From a virus (taxonomy: Duplodnaviria > Caudoviricetes): a stretch of DNA of 64,000 nt. The position numbers were made by a program, and so were the translations under genes. The notes beneath the pieces were generated by a model, which was not told the origin of the DNA, searched no databases, and saw nothing but the letters and a program-made list of their open reading frames with translations. Every line of letters starts with the position of its first letter. Positions within the stretch are counted from its first letter, which is position 1. Positions 19,337 through 27,620 of this stretch are shown here, in pieces. The stretch lies in IMG/VR virus record IMGVR_UViG_3300042695_000536, positions 1 through 64,000 of that record. One strand, written 5' to 3'.

Positions 19337-19376
19337 TTCATTTCCTATTAAAACCAGGACCAAAGTCCTAGTCTAA

Positions 19377-19742
19377 TTATACCATAACTAGTCGACTGTA
19401 TTTATCTACGAATGCTGCAAGGGACGAGGTAAACACTACCGTGCTCAGGTCCTCTTCATACAGTGTAAAAGTTTGATTGGACCAATCAATAACAGGCACC
19501 TTATGCTCATTATCTCCTAATTGATTAATGTAGATACCCCAGCCTGTTTTTTCAGTCCAGTCTTCTCCAATTAGATTAGATATAGCAATGCGTGTTGCAT
19601 ATGATTCATCCTGCCAGCGAGGCTCTGCAGCCTGCACAGCATTGGCCAACTTGGCTAGCATATTATGCCCAGCCCAGTGTCCATATAGAAATAGTACATT
19701 CTCCTTGGAATCTCTGAATCCAAAGTTTGCTCTGTCGCCCAT
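19377..19742 (-). CDS. hypothetical protein
   Basis: MGDRAN...LYGHWAG...RW.D.SYATRI. Confidence 0.8.
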   Translation of the reverse strand: MGDRANFGFRDSKENVLFLYGHWAGHNMLAKLANAVQAAEPRWQDESYATRIAISNLIGEDWTEKTGWGIYINQLGDNEHKVPVIDWSNQTFTLYEEDLSTVVFTSSLAAFVDKYSRLVMV

Positions 19743-19743
19743 T

Positions 19744-19953
19744 TTATTCCGCCGTTTCTAGTTGAGGGATTGCTTCTTCCGTTTTGTTTAATTCTATCAC
19801 TTCGTATGCGACCTTGTCAAGGCCACGCTTGCTTGCGTTGTAGTGGTGACCGCAAAAGAAAAGCTCACCATCTACTAGTTTAACCATATACATTGCTTGG
19901 GCTGTGCCACATTGGTCACATGCTATCCATCTTGTTAGATCTTCCATTGTCAT
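19744..19953 (-). CDS. zinc-binding small protein
   Basis: CDQCG..A...L.FCGHH, a pattern known from small actinobacterial proteins. Confidence 0.7.
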   Translation of the reverse strand: MTMEDLTRWIACDQCGTAQAMYMVKLVDGELFFCGHHYNASKRGLDKVAYEVIELNKTEEAIPQLETAE

Positions 19954-20105
19954 AGTGCTCCACCTTCAATCATCTCAGAAAGACGATCAAGGATCCAGGA
20001 ATCAATGTCGTTGATATCAATCTCTGATAACTTTTCCATGATTTCATCACGGGCAAACTTATACCCATCGTCCCAACCATCTTTATAGTCTGACATAATT
20101 TCTCC

Positions 20106-20309
20106 TTAATAACCTGTGGTTTCGTAGTCTGATATGTAAGATTCAGTTAAGTTATACTTATCACGAATTCTACTTACTTTCTCAATACTACCAGTTCCAA
20201 TGTTGAATGTCAACGGTGACATTGCTTGCGGGTCCAGCCCAATAATTTGTGCATCCCAATAGGCCATCTCCATGGATAGCCTATCAGGAGCAGTCAACTC
20301 AAAATACAT
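20106..20309 (-). CDS. hypothetical protein
   Basis: Coupled operon gene, GGAG RBS. Confidence 0.7.
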   Translation of the reverse strand: MYFELTAPDRLSMEMAYWDAQIIGLDPQAMSPLTFNIGTGSIEKVSRIRDKYNLTESYISDYETTGY

Positions 20310-20983
20310 TAGCAGTTCTCCCTAATGTTGCAGATTTCTTGGTCAACAACTTCAATGTTGCCATTGTGTGAATCAGCATAAAGAGCATCTTCAATTTCTG
20401 AATCTAAGTCAAAATGAGTATCCTCAAGTAGGTTGACTGAAATAGTTCCGCTAACTTCAATAGATGCAGACCATTCAATCTCTCTAATTAATTCAATCTC
20501 AAGCGCTTCTGCAATTGCTTGCAAAGTTTCTTGGTCTTCTGAATCAGCATATGCCTCTGAAATAATATCTTTAACTAAGCCAATCTTATTCTGTAAAGAT
20601 GAGACTGCCTTAGAATTTGTGCGACCATTATGCAGTTCGTATTCAATGTTGCGAACTTTATCTGTAGCATATTCAGCATCCGAATAACCACGGATTACTT
20701 TGTATGTAACTAATTGGTCAGGGTTGTACTTCTCTGCATCTGATAGAGGCAGGTTTTCTACTGTCATTCCGTCCATATTGCTTCCTTCTTTCGTTTGGTT
20801 TAAGGATGTAATTGTAGCATGCTCCACTGACACTAATGTGGTCTTACGGCCACACGGGCATGTGAGTTCTGTCACACCTGATGGAAAGCCAAATCCATCA
20901 GATGATGTTAATTGGATTAAACAATCACACTCATCTGGGTCACAGACAAATGTGTACACGCTTGATACTAGTTCGTTGGTCAT
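20309..20983 (-). CDS. hypothetical protein with two in-frame starts (20983 leaderless, 20776 internal)
   Basis: Each start has its own TGTCAG promoter; the N-terminal extension has CDPDEC...CPC. Confidence 0.7.
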   Translation of the reverse strand: MTNELVSSVYTFVCDPDECDCLIQLTSSDGFGFPSGVTELTCPCGRKTTLVSVEHATITSLNQTKEGSNMDGMTVENLPLSDAEKYNPDQLVTYKVIRGYSDAEYATDKVRNIEYELHNGRTNSKAVSSLQNKIGLVKDIISEAYADSEDQETLQAIAEALEIELIREIEWSASIEVSGTISVNLLEDTHFDLDSEIEDALYADSHNGNIEVVDQEICNIRENC

Positions 20984-21084
20984 GTACAGAATTATACAGG
21001 ACCCCACTGACATTTACAATAGATTCCAGGGAATTTAAATGTGAGTCGTAACACACTTTTTGCCCCCTTAGCTTTGAGGGCGCT

Positions 21085-21161
21085 TGGCGATCCATAACGG
21101 ACTTGAACCGTCGGCCTCTACCGTGACAGGGTAGCGCTCTAACCAACTGAGCTAATGGACC
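21085..21161 (-). tRNA. tRNA-Asp(GTC)
   Basis: GGTCCATTAGCTCAGTTGGTTAGAGC-GCTACC-CTGTCAC-GGTAG...GGTTCAAGTCC...CCA cloverleaf, 77 nt. Confidence 0.95.
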
Positions 21162-21172
21162 AAGAAAAAATG

Positions 21173-21200
21173 TGAGCAGTTTTAAATCTTGCTCAGGATT
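21173..21200 (-). ncRNA. 3'-UTR H-type pseudoknot, copy 1
   Basis: AATC-CTGAGCAA-GATT-TAAAAC-TGCTCA. Confidence 0.5.
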
Positions 21201-21208
21201 ATTTTTAT

Positions 21209-22216
21209 TTAGAAAGCAGAAATCAATTTCTTGATTTTGTTTTTCTCAGCGGTTAGCACTGGGTCAAATCCTGATGCGCCAGCCATAAGCGTTTCAGAAT
21301 TTCCACGACCTGAGCGATAGTAATCAAGGCGTTCGGTGAGAGCATTAAACGCACCCCATTTAGTTCCCTTGATGTTAGCATTAGTTGGTGAGTTATGGTA
21401 AAGGTCATCAAGTAGCACGACCTTATTCTCCCATTTAGTTAGCGCAACTTTAGCAGCATCATCAGCAGGCTTTGGATAAATTGTGTGAATTAACTTTGAG
21501 AATTCAGCATCAGTAATTGACTGAGAATAAAGTGCTTGCGCTTCCTTCTCGAATTCATCAAAGTAACCAAGAGCAAGCCCAAGAGTTTCACGAGCAACTT
21601 GAATGCGACCTTCAACAGATTGCGTATGACGAATCTTGAAAGATTGCTTAGCGTTACGCATGGCAAGATTCAATGTGTTTTGGCATACAACACGAACAGG
21701 AGTAACAGCAGCCTGAACAGCAACTGACCCGTCATGTGATGTCCATACAATTAAATAGAGTTTAGTTTCATCGTTGGCACCTTGTGGGTCAAGAACCATT
21801 GTGCGAGGAATATCAACAGTGCCGAATACAACTTTGCCCTTTTTCAATGAGCCAGCAGATTCCCAACGGCAGTCAGCGTTCGCATCATGAATAGCATCAG
21901 CGAATGCGAATAATTCTTCATTCTGTACAGGCTTGTAACGCTTGCCAACAGTGGCAAGAACATCAGTTCCCTTATTGAATGGATTGTCACGAATGACAAG
22001 AGATGCGGTAGAGACATCATTCCAAGATTCTGGAATGTGCTCAGTGATTGGAGATAGACGAACATTCCAATTTGCCAACTTTGCTTCTTCAAGCATTAGG
22101 GCGGTAGTAACTTCTTCATCTTTTGTGAAGATGCGATTTGCTAGGTTGTGCCAAGCAGGTGCGCCACGGAGAGCGAAAGCAACTTCGCCGTTTTCCATTT
22201 CTAGATTGTGAGCCAT
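21209..22216 (-). CDS. DUF932 (TIGR03299-like) phage/plasmid protein
   Basis: PAWH.L; VGKRY.PVQN; ESAGSL..G; SHDGS; TPVRVVCQNTL; IRHT. Confidence 0.9.
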   Translation of the reverse strand: MAHNLEMENGEVAFALRGAPAWHNLANRIFTKDEEVTTALMLEEAKLANWNVRLSPITEHIPESWNDVSTASLVIRDNPFNKGTDVLATVGKRYKPVQNEELFAFADAIHDANADCRWESAGSLKKGKVVFGTVDIPRTMVLDPQGANDETKLYLIVWTSHDGSVAVQAAVTPVRVVCQNTLNLAMRNAKQSFKIRHTQSVEGRIQVARETLGLALGYFDEFEKEAQALYSQSITDAEFSKLIHTIYPKPADDAAKVALTKWENKVVLLDDLYHNSPTNANIKGTKWGAFNALTERLDYYRSGRGNSETLMAGASGFDPVLTAEKNKIKKLISAF

Positions 22217-22416
22217 ATATTTTTTACCTTTCGTTTGATTAGTCATAAGTATAACAGGTGCCACTGACATTGTCTAGGATTAGATACAATATGTCCGAAT
22301 TGATCCATGTGATTAATCTCACAAAATTCCAGGGATATCCACAGGCAGTCGTAACCCTGTGGATAACCCCTTACCTTTACGGGCCAGCTGCAGGATATGC
22401 AGCTAGTGTTAGATCT

Positions 22417-22671
22417 TTACAGACCTAACTCATCCCTGGTTAATTGATTCTTTCGATTGAAGTTAATAACTTCGGCGGGAAGATAAAGAGCAGTTGTCTT
22501 AGTCTTCTTCAATGTATCATACACATAAGCACGAACATCACCAAAAAAGTTACGGCGATTAGAGAATGCTAATTCAGTTAAGTATTCCTTATCAACGCCT
22601 TGCTCTGAATAAATTGTTACATCATTTAACTTGTTCTCATCATAGATTTCTACTCTGAAACGATTTTTCAT
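22417..22671 (-). CDS. hypothetical protein
   Basis: AAAGG RBS. Confidence 0.7.
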   Translation of the reverse strand: MKNRFRVEIYDENKLNDVTIYSEQGVDKEYLTELAFSNRRNFFGDVRAYVYDTLKKTKTTALYLPAEVINFNRKNQLTRDELGL

Positions 22672-22706
22672 TTTGTTGCCTTTGTTAGTAGTTGTCCCAA
22701 AAGGGA

Positions 22707-22733
22707 GAGCAGTTTGGCGACATACTCAGGTCG
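22707..22733 (-). ncRNA. 3'-UTR H-type pseudoknot, copy 2
   Basis: CGAC-CTGAGTAT-GTCG-CCAAAC-TGCTC. Confidence 0.5.
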
Positions 22734-22742
22734 TTGGATTAT

Positions 22743-23165
22743 TTACAGATAACGAGCAACCGCATTGTAAGTGCTGGTATTAACAACTTCCTCATCTGTC
22801 ATTTTAAGAATACGAATTGCGTTTTCCATTTCCTCTTTCATCTCATTGTATGAGTGGCGGTGGATTACTTCGTAGTCCTTCTCAGGTTCAGCAGGGAAGT
22901 TTCCTTCCTTTGTGATGATGTCAAAATCAACATTGAGAGTGTTGTTCCAGTTGCGATAGTTTGTGCGTAGGTTTTCAGCCTTTGAGAAGTTAGCAATAGC
23001 CCACTTTCCAATTTCCTTTTTCCACGCTTCTACCTGCTTGTTATACTTTGCTTCGTTTGCTTCTTGTGATGCGAAGTCTTTATTTAGTTGTGCCAACTTT
23101 GTTTCCAAAGCCTTGATTACTCGCTGAGTTGGGATTTTCACCGAGATTGCTTTTCCTCTAGCCAT
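22743..23165 (-). CDS. hypothetical coiled-coil protein
   Basis: Own promoter 23205-23226 and AAGGA RBS. Confidence 0.8.
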   Translation of the reverse strand: MARGKAISVKIPTQRVIKALETKLAQLNKDFASQEANEAKYNKQVEAWKKEIGKWAIANFSKAENLRTNYRNWNNTLNVDFDIITKEGNFPAEPEKDYEVIHRHSYNEMKEEMENAIRILKMTDEEVVNTSTYNAVARYL

Positions 23166-23251
23166 TTGTTTCCTTCTTTCGTTGTGGGTTGGGTTGATGA
23201 AGTAATTATAGCAGGGAGGTCTGACATTTCTGCGACCCCCCTGCCTTTAGA

Positions 23252-23434
23252 TTATACGCCTAGTAGTGTTTGAGCGGATACGGAAGTCCAACGAGTTTCC
23301 TTGTTTGGCATTTCCAATAGCACACGCACCGAGCCAGATGTTTGTGGGTGGATTTCTTTAATCACACCTGTTTTCTTTGACTTAAGGGTAGTGAATAAAT
23401 CGCCTACCTGATACAACTTGTCGTTGATTGTCAT
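23252..23434 (-). CDS. small SH3-like beta protein
   Basis: YQVGD...TGVIKEI...RWTSV. Confidence 0.7.
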   Translation of the reverse strand: MTINDKLYQVGDLFTTLKSKKTGVIKEIHPQTSGSVRVLLEMPNKETRWTSVSAQTLLGV

Positions 23435-23531
23435 TTATTGCCTCTTTTCTTTGTTAGGTTGGTAATTATAGCATTGGGGTCTGACATTAGTCTAGCCCTA
23501 TCTCATTATTTGAGAAAGTTATTGTGTGACC

Positions 23532-23795
23532 TTAGTCACTTTCAGGTAGCCAAGCGTCTAAGTGGTGCTGTTCGATAATAGCCCACGCTGGCGCATGAGA
23601 GTCACCCTTATAAGATACGCCTTCAGGCATTTCGATCAACTTATTATAATCCTCATCATAGTAAGCATCAATAGCCTCGATACAAGGCTGTACCATAGAA
23701 AGTGGGACGGGCGGGTAATGATTACCCTGTAAGTGATAACCTAGTGCTACCTCTAAATCTAATTCAGTTAAATCTAATGCTGTATTGTATCCCAT
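23532..23795 (-). CDS. hypothetical protein
   Basis: HLQGNHYPPVP...HHLDAWL. Confidence 0.75.
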   Translation of the reverse strand: MGYNTALDLTELDLEVALGYHLQGNHYPPVPLSMVQPCIEAIDAYYDEDYNKLIEMPEGVSYKGDSHAPAWAIIEQHHLDAWLPESD

Positions 23796-23998
23796 TATTC
23801 TGCCACCTTAAGAATTGCGTATGAGCCATTAGCATTTATCTCATCAAGAATTGGTTGTAGTCGGCTACCGACTAAATCTTTTAGCATTGACTCTAGCATA
23901 AAGATACGAGTATCCTCATCAAGCATTTCTATTTGCTTAGTTACTGGATGGCCGTCCTTAAACTCTGTTACGAACTTCAGGTTGTGTTCTATTCTCAT
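23795..23998 (-). CDS. hypothetical protein
   Basis: AACGAAAGG RBS; promoter 24028-24049. Confidence 0.75.
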   Translation of the reverse strand: MRIEHNLKFVTEFKDGHPVTKQIEMLDEDTRIFMLESMLKDLVGSRLQPILDEINANGSYAILKVAE

Positions 23999-24277
23999 TT
24001 GTTGCCTTTCGTTGTTGGTATAAGAGTATTATAGCCTATGCCACTGACAAATTGCTCAACACGCCCAAGCTTTATCTAATTTATTTTGTGATTAATCTCA
24101 CAAATTCCAGGGGGTTGTGGATAACGCCCGTAACCCTGTGGATAACCCCGCAGCTTTACGGGCGGGCAGCGTCATTGATCAAATTTATTTTTATGTTTTA
24201 TTTTTCTAAAATATTTTTTCTTATTGCGTACAGGTTGCGCCGCATTACTGCGACGCAATTCCTGTATGCGTTTAACT

Positions 24278-24469
24278 TTATCTCGAAGTGAATTTTGTGA
24301 CATGGTATCCACACGCTTTATGAAATCGGTTTACATCAAATCGCTCATTATCTTTTGCGAACATAACTGCGAAATCATTTACAATTTTAGAAAATAAAGC
24401 AGGGTGCGCCTTATCACTAGCAAAGTTTAAAATTTCTGCTACTGCGACATAATCTTTTCTTGTCATCAT
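24278..24469 (-). CDS. small protein, paralog of the C-half of 51104-51577
   Basis: TRKDY..VAE.L...FAKDNERFD..RF..ACG. Confidence 0.8.
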   Translation of the reverse strand: MMTRKDYVAVAEILNFASDKAHPALFSKIVNDFAVMFAKDNERFDVNRFHKACGYHVTKFTSR

Positions 24470-24672
24470 TTTGTTACGACCTTTCGACCTTCACGATAAA
24501 ATGTTTTTGTGTACATCTTGCCAGTTGGCGTCATTAAATTTACAGTTGAGTATTCGTTAGCAAATCCCCAATCGGTAAATGAAAGAAATGCGGTGAACGC
24601 TTCTAAAGCGTCATCATAGTTTTTATTCCAATGGATAGGCTTGCTATCGTAGGAAATTGTTATTTGGTACAT
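24466..24672 (-). CDS. small protein, paralog of the N-half of 51104-51577
   Basis: DWGFANEYSTVNL..P.G. Confidence 0.8.
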   Translation of the reverse strand: MYQITISYDSKPIHWNKNYDDALEAFTAFLSFTDWGFANEYSTVNLMTPTGKMYTKTFYREGRKVVTK

Positions 24673-25028
24673 TAGTCATTTTCCCCGTTCTTAAATAAAG
24701 AGCCATCTTGACAATCGCAAGGCTCGCAATCAAAATCATTATCATCACCAAAAAAGATTACGCCATGACCTAAGCAATCTTGGCAATCTATTGTTAATAC
24801 TGAGTTAATCATTAGTGTTGTTCCTCGCAATCTTTGTCATAGTCAAATCCGCAAAAGTAGCAACCCATAAATTCTAGGTGTTCGATACAGTAATACTTAA
24901 ATTGACTTTCATCACAACAAAAATGTTGCTCGTCTGCGATTTCATAGAAATCGGTTTTGTCGATTATGTTTAACATAGTTTTCCTTTCGTTTGTTTATTC
25001 TGTAATTATAGCGGATAGCACTGACAAA

Positions 25029-25238
25029 TTAGTCAGATACCCTAACCGCAATGGTTGCCCAAAAGTTTTTGATCCCACGGGTTGGGCGAACCTCGATAGC
25101 GTAAGCCTCTAGGTTTTCTCCGTACCAAATTGCGTCACGCTTTGTTGCGTATACGATAGTTCCCTCGTCATGGCGAGAGTGTGAGCGATAGTGTTTTCCC
25201 TCTAAGAGGCTTTCGATAGTGTATGCTTTTGCTGACAT
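25029..25238 (-). CDS. hypothetical protein
   Basis: AACGAAAGG RBS; promoter 25271-25292. Confidence 0.75.
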   Translation of the reverse strand: MSAKAYTIESLLEGKHYRSHSRHDEGTIVYATKRDAIWYGENLEAYAIEVRPTRGIKNFWATIAVRVSD

Positions 25239-25563
25239 GAGTTGTCACCTTTCGTTTGTTGATACTGGCAATTATAGCCTATGCCACTGACATTTTCACA
25301 TTACTGGCGAGTAATTCCACATTTTGAGACGCTCAAGTCGTGTGATAAAAATCACAAAATCTCGGGCGTGTCGCAAATTCCAGGGGTTGTGGATAACCCC
25401 CGTAACCCTGTGGATAACCCCGCTCTTTTGCGGGCGCATCAACTTTTGTCAAGTCGACACGCCGCTGTTTATTCGAAATCTTTAAAAATTTCTTCAAGCT
25501 TTAGAATTTGCTCATCTGTTAAATGATCAATTTCAATTGCTTTTTCAAATCCAAAAAAATCCA

Positions 25564-25758
25564 TTATTCGTTTTCCATTTCTGCTAAATAATCTTCATGT
25601 TCAATTAGTCCGATTGAAAAAGCGATTGGGTCGCAACATTCCAAAATTTCGGCGGGAGTAAAAGTAGAGTAACCAATTTTTACAGTAGGGTAAACATCAT
25701 TTAGTAAATCAATAAAGCTTTCTTTAATTTCTAAATCTTTTTCGAAATCTGATTTCAT
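25564..25758 (-). CDS. hypothetical protein
   Basis: VKIG..TF.PAEIL..CDPIAF. Confidence 0.7.
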   Translation of the reverse strand: MKSDFEKDLEIKESFIDLLNDVYPTVKIGYSTFTPAEILECCDPIAFSIGLIEHEDYLAEMENE

Positions 25759-26053
25759 TCGCTTAACTCCAATTCGGTATAATCAACAACAATAAAATCA
25801 AGTCGCTCTAATGGAACAACCTTTAACCATGATAAGGCAGACTCAAAATCATCTGCCTCAACAGTAACGGATAAATCAAAATTAAATACAGCCATTTAGT
25901 TAGTTTCCTTATCTTTTAGTATGTTTAGAATAATCTCTAATTGCTTAGTGCTTAGTAACGCTTGAGCGCAACCCCACTTAAAGGCTAAATCCATTTCGCC
26001 ATAGTGCTTTTTAGCAAGAGTTGTTATTTCTTGCGTTACCTCAAAATTAGTTT

Positions 26054-26248
26054 TCATTTAGTTAAACTCCAATCGGAATAAAATGGTAAGCGGTCATAGT
26101 CATCATAGAAATAGACTCTATCTATGTTCTGCTCGCATGTTTCGCAGAAAGTGTATTCGACATCTACACCCATGCCATAGGTAGTAGATACGCTCTCCAT
26201 GTGTGGAGTGTGTGTATGTGTATTTGTTAGTGTAGTCATAGTGACCAC
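26054..26248 (-). CDS. small Cys/His protein
   Basis: H.H.PH...FCETCEQ. Confidence 0.65.
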   Translation of the reverse strand: MVTMTTLTNTHTHTPHMESVSTTYGMGVDVEYTFCETCEQNIDRVYFYDDYDRLPFYSDWSLTK

Positions 26249-26592
26249 CTTTCTTTTTCGTTATGGTAGTATTTTACCACGGGGGTCTGACATTTATCTA
26301 CCTACTAGCCAGTAATTCCAAATAATGAGACGCTCAGCCTATGTGATAGTAATCACAAAATCTCGGGCGTGTCGCAAAACCTGGGGGTTGTGGATAACCC
26401 CCGTAACCCTGTGGATAACTCCCGCAAGTACTTGCGGGCCAGCTTGACAATGTCAAGCCGACACGCCGTTAGGCTAGTGTGAGTTAGCCCACTCTCGGTA
26501 ATCCGCTACGATCTCACGCCATACAAGGCGGAGCATAATTAGGGCGGGAATACCAATACCTAATTGGACTAGTGTAGTAAGTAGTCTATTCA

Positions 26593-26784
26593 TTACTCTC
26601 CCCATGTATCATTAGTATTAGTAGGCAAGCAATTGCCTAGTGTTCGATTATTCTTTACTCTTTTATAAATCTTATAACCGATAAAAACAACGGAGGACAA
26701 GATAAGGAAAGCCCATGATAGGGATAAGTAAATAAAATCACCCATGTCAAGCATAAAGCCGTATTCATTTAGTTCGATAGTCAT
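26593..26784 (-). CDS. small membrane protein
   Basis: GAGGT RBS; one hydrophobic segment followed by basic residues. Confidence 0.65.
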   Translation of the reverse strand: MTIELNEYGFMLDMGDFIYLSLSWAFLILSSVVFIGYKIYKRVKNNRTLGNCLPTNTNDTWGE

Positions 26785-27060
26785 TACTTATTTACCTCTA
26801 CTTCTCTAATGTTGTAAGTGAAACCCTTACCTAGTTTATTTAGTTCGTTCATTACTGTTAGCAATTCATCTGCGCTAGTAGCCTTGTTATTAACGCTTAG
26901 TAGTTGGCTACCTTGCCAAAGTGTGTAAGTGATTATCATTAGTAAGTATCCTCTACGCCTAGTTCATAGGACTTGTTTAGTAGTGTTAGTAGTTCAGGTG
27001 TTACAGTAAATCCGTTAGCCTTAGCCATGTCGGCTAGTGTATCCATTGGGTACATCATTA

Positions 27061-27243
27061 TTAGTTCTCCCATGTTAGTTGGTAAAGTTTTGCTAGTGCC
27101 TCATCATCTGAGTCATCAAATTCATCTAGTGGAGGTTGTTCCTCATCTACCTCATCAAGGTATGCGTATGCGTCTGCGACATCTGATTGGATAGTATCCC
27201 ATTTAGATACGCTATTAGTTTCGTATGAGTATGCGTATGACAT
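27061..27243 (-). CDS. very acidic small protein (possible DNA mimic)
   Basis: AAGGAG RBS; Asp/Glu/Tyr-rich with only two Lys. Confidence 0.65.
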   Translation of the reverse strand: MSYAYSYETNSVSKWDTIQSDVADAYAYLDEVDEEQPPLDEFDDSDDEALAKLYQLTWEN

Positions 27244-27449
27244 TATTTATTCATCTCCTTAGCGATTGTATCGGACTTACGCAAAGCCTCTAGGGCTATT
27301 GCTAGGGAGGCAAGGCGTTGCGCCTCTACCATTTGCTTGTATTCATCTAGTGTCATTTATTCTGACCTTTCGTTGTTGTTATTCTGTAATTGTAGCATGG
27401 GGGTCTGACAAATTGGGGAGGTTGGGCTAGCGTGTCGCTGTGAGGTGTG

Positions 27450-27620
27450 TCACATGCCTCTCTTGAGGCGAATAGCCTCGACCTGTGCTAATTGCTCAGG
27501 TGTAGCGTTGCGGAAAGCCTGTACGCTCTCTCTAATCCAAGGTGACTTAGCCATAGCCTTTTCGTGAGCGATAGCGTTTCGCTCTTGTTGTTCTTTTCTA
27601 ATTCGTTCTAGTGTATTCAT
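27450..27620 (-). CDS. first gene of the - strand block
   Basis: AACGAAAGG RBS; promoter 27656-27677. Confidence 0.7.
   Translation of the reverse strand: MNTLERIRKEQQERNAIAHEKAMAKSPWIRESVQAFRNATPEQLAQVEAIRLKRGM

Larger units (their letters stand above)
22358..26418. promoter_or_regulatory. seven perfect DnaA boxes (TTATCCACA on - strand)
   Basis: TGTGGATAA at 22358, 24116, 24137, 25388, 25409, 26389, 26410. Confidence 0.8.
15458..26440 (+). repeat. dispersed bipartite motif ATTCCAG-N17/18-CGTAA, 9 copies
   Basis: CCAG-type half at 15461, 15607, 16376, 19166, 21026, 22329, 24107, 25380, 26380; all intergenic, same orientation. Confidence 0.85.
25310..26468. repeat. two near-duplicate ~155-bp regulatory cassettes (25310-25465, 26311-26468)
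   Basis: Shared AGTAATTCCA..TGAGACGCTCA..TGTGAT..ATCACAAAATCTCGGGCGTGTCGCAAA..GGGGTTGTGGATAACCCCCGTAACCCTGTGGATAAC..TTGCGGGC..TGTCAAG.CGACACGCCG. Confidence 0.9.

Noticed and set aside
24129-26430. BldN/SigD-type ECF promoters from CGTAAC
   Set aside because: No CGTTGA/CGAT -10 element 16-17 nt downstream in any copy
22300-26470. CRISPR array or attC-like cassette array from the repeated intergenic elements
   Set aside because: Copies are 1-2 kb apart, composite and degenerate; no constant spacer length and no cas or integrase gene in the window
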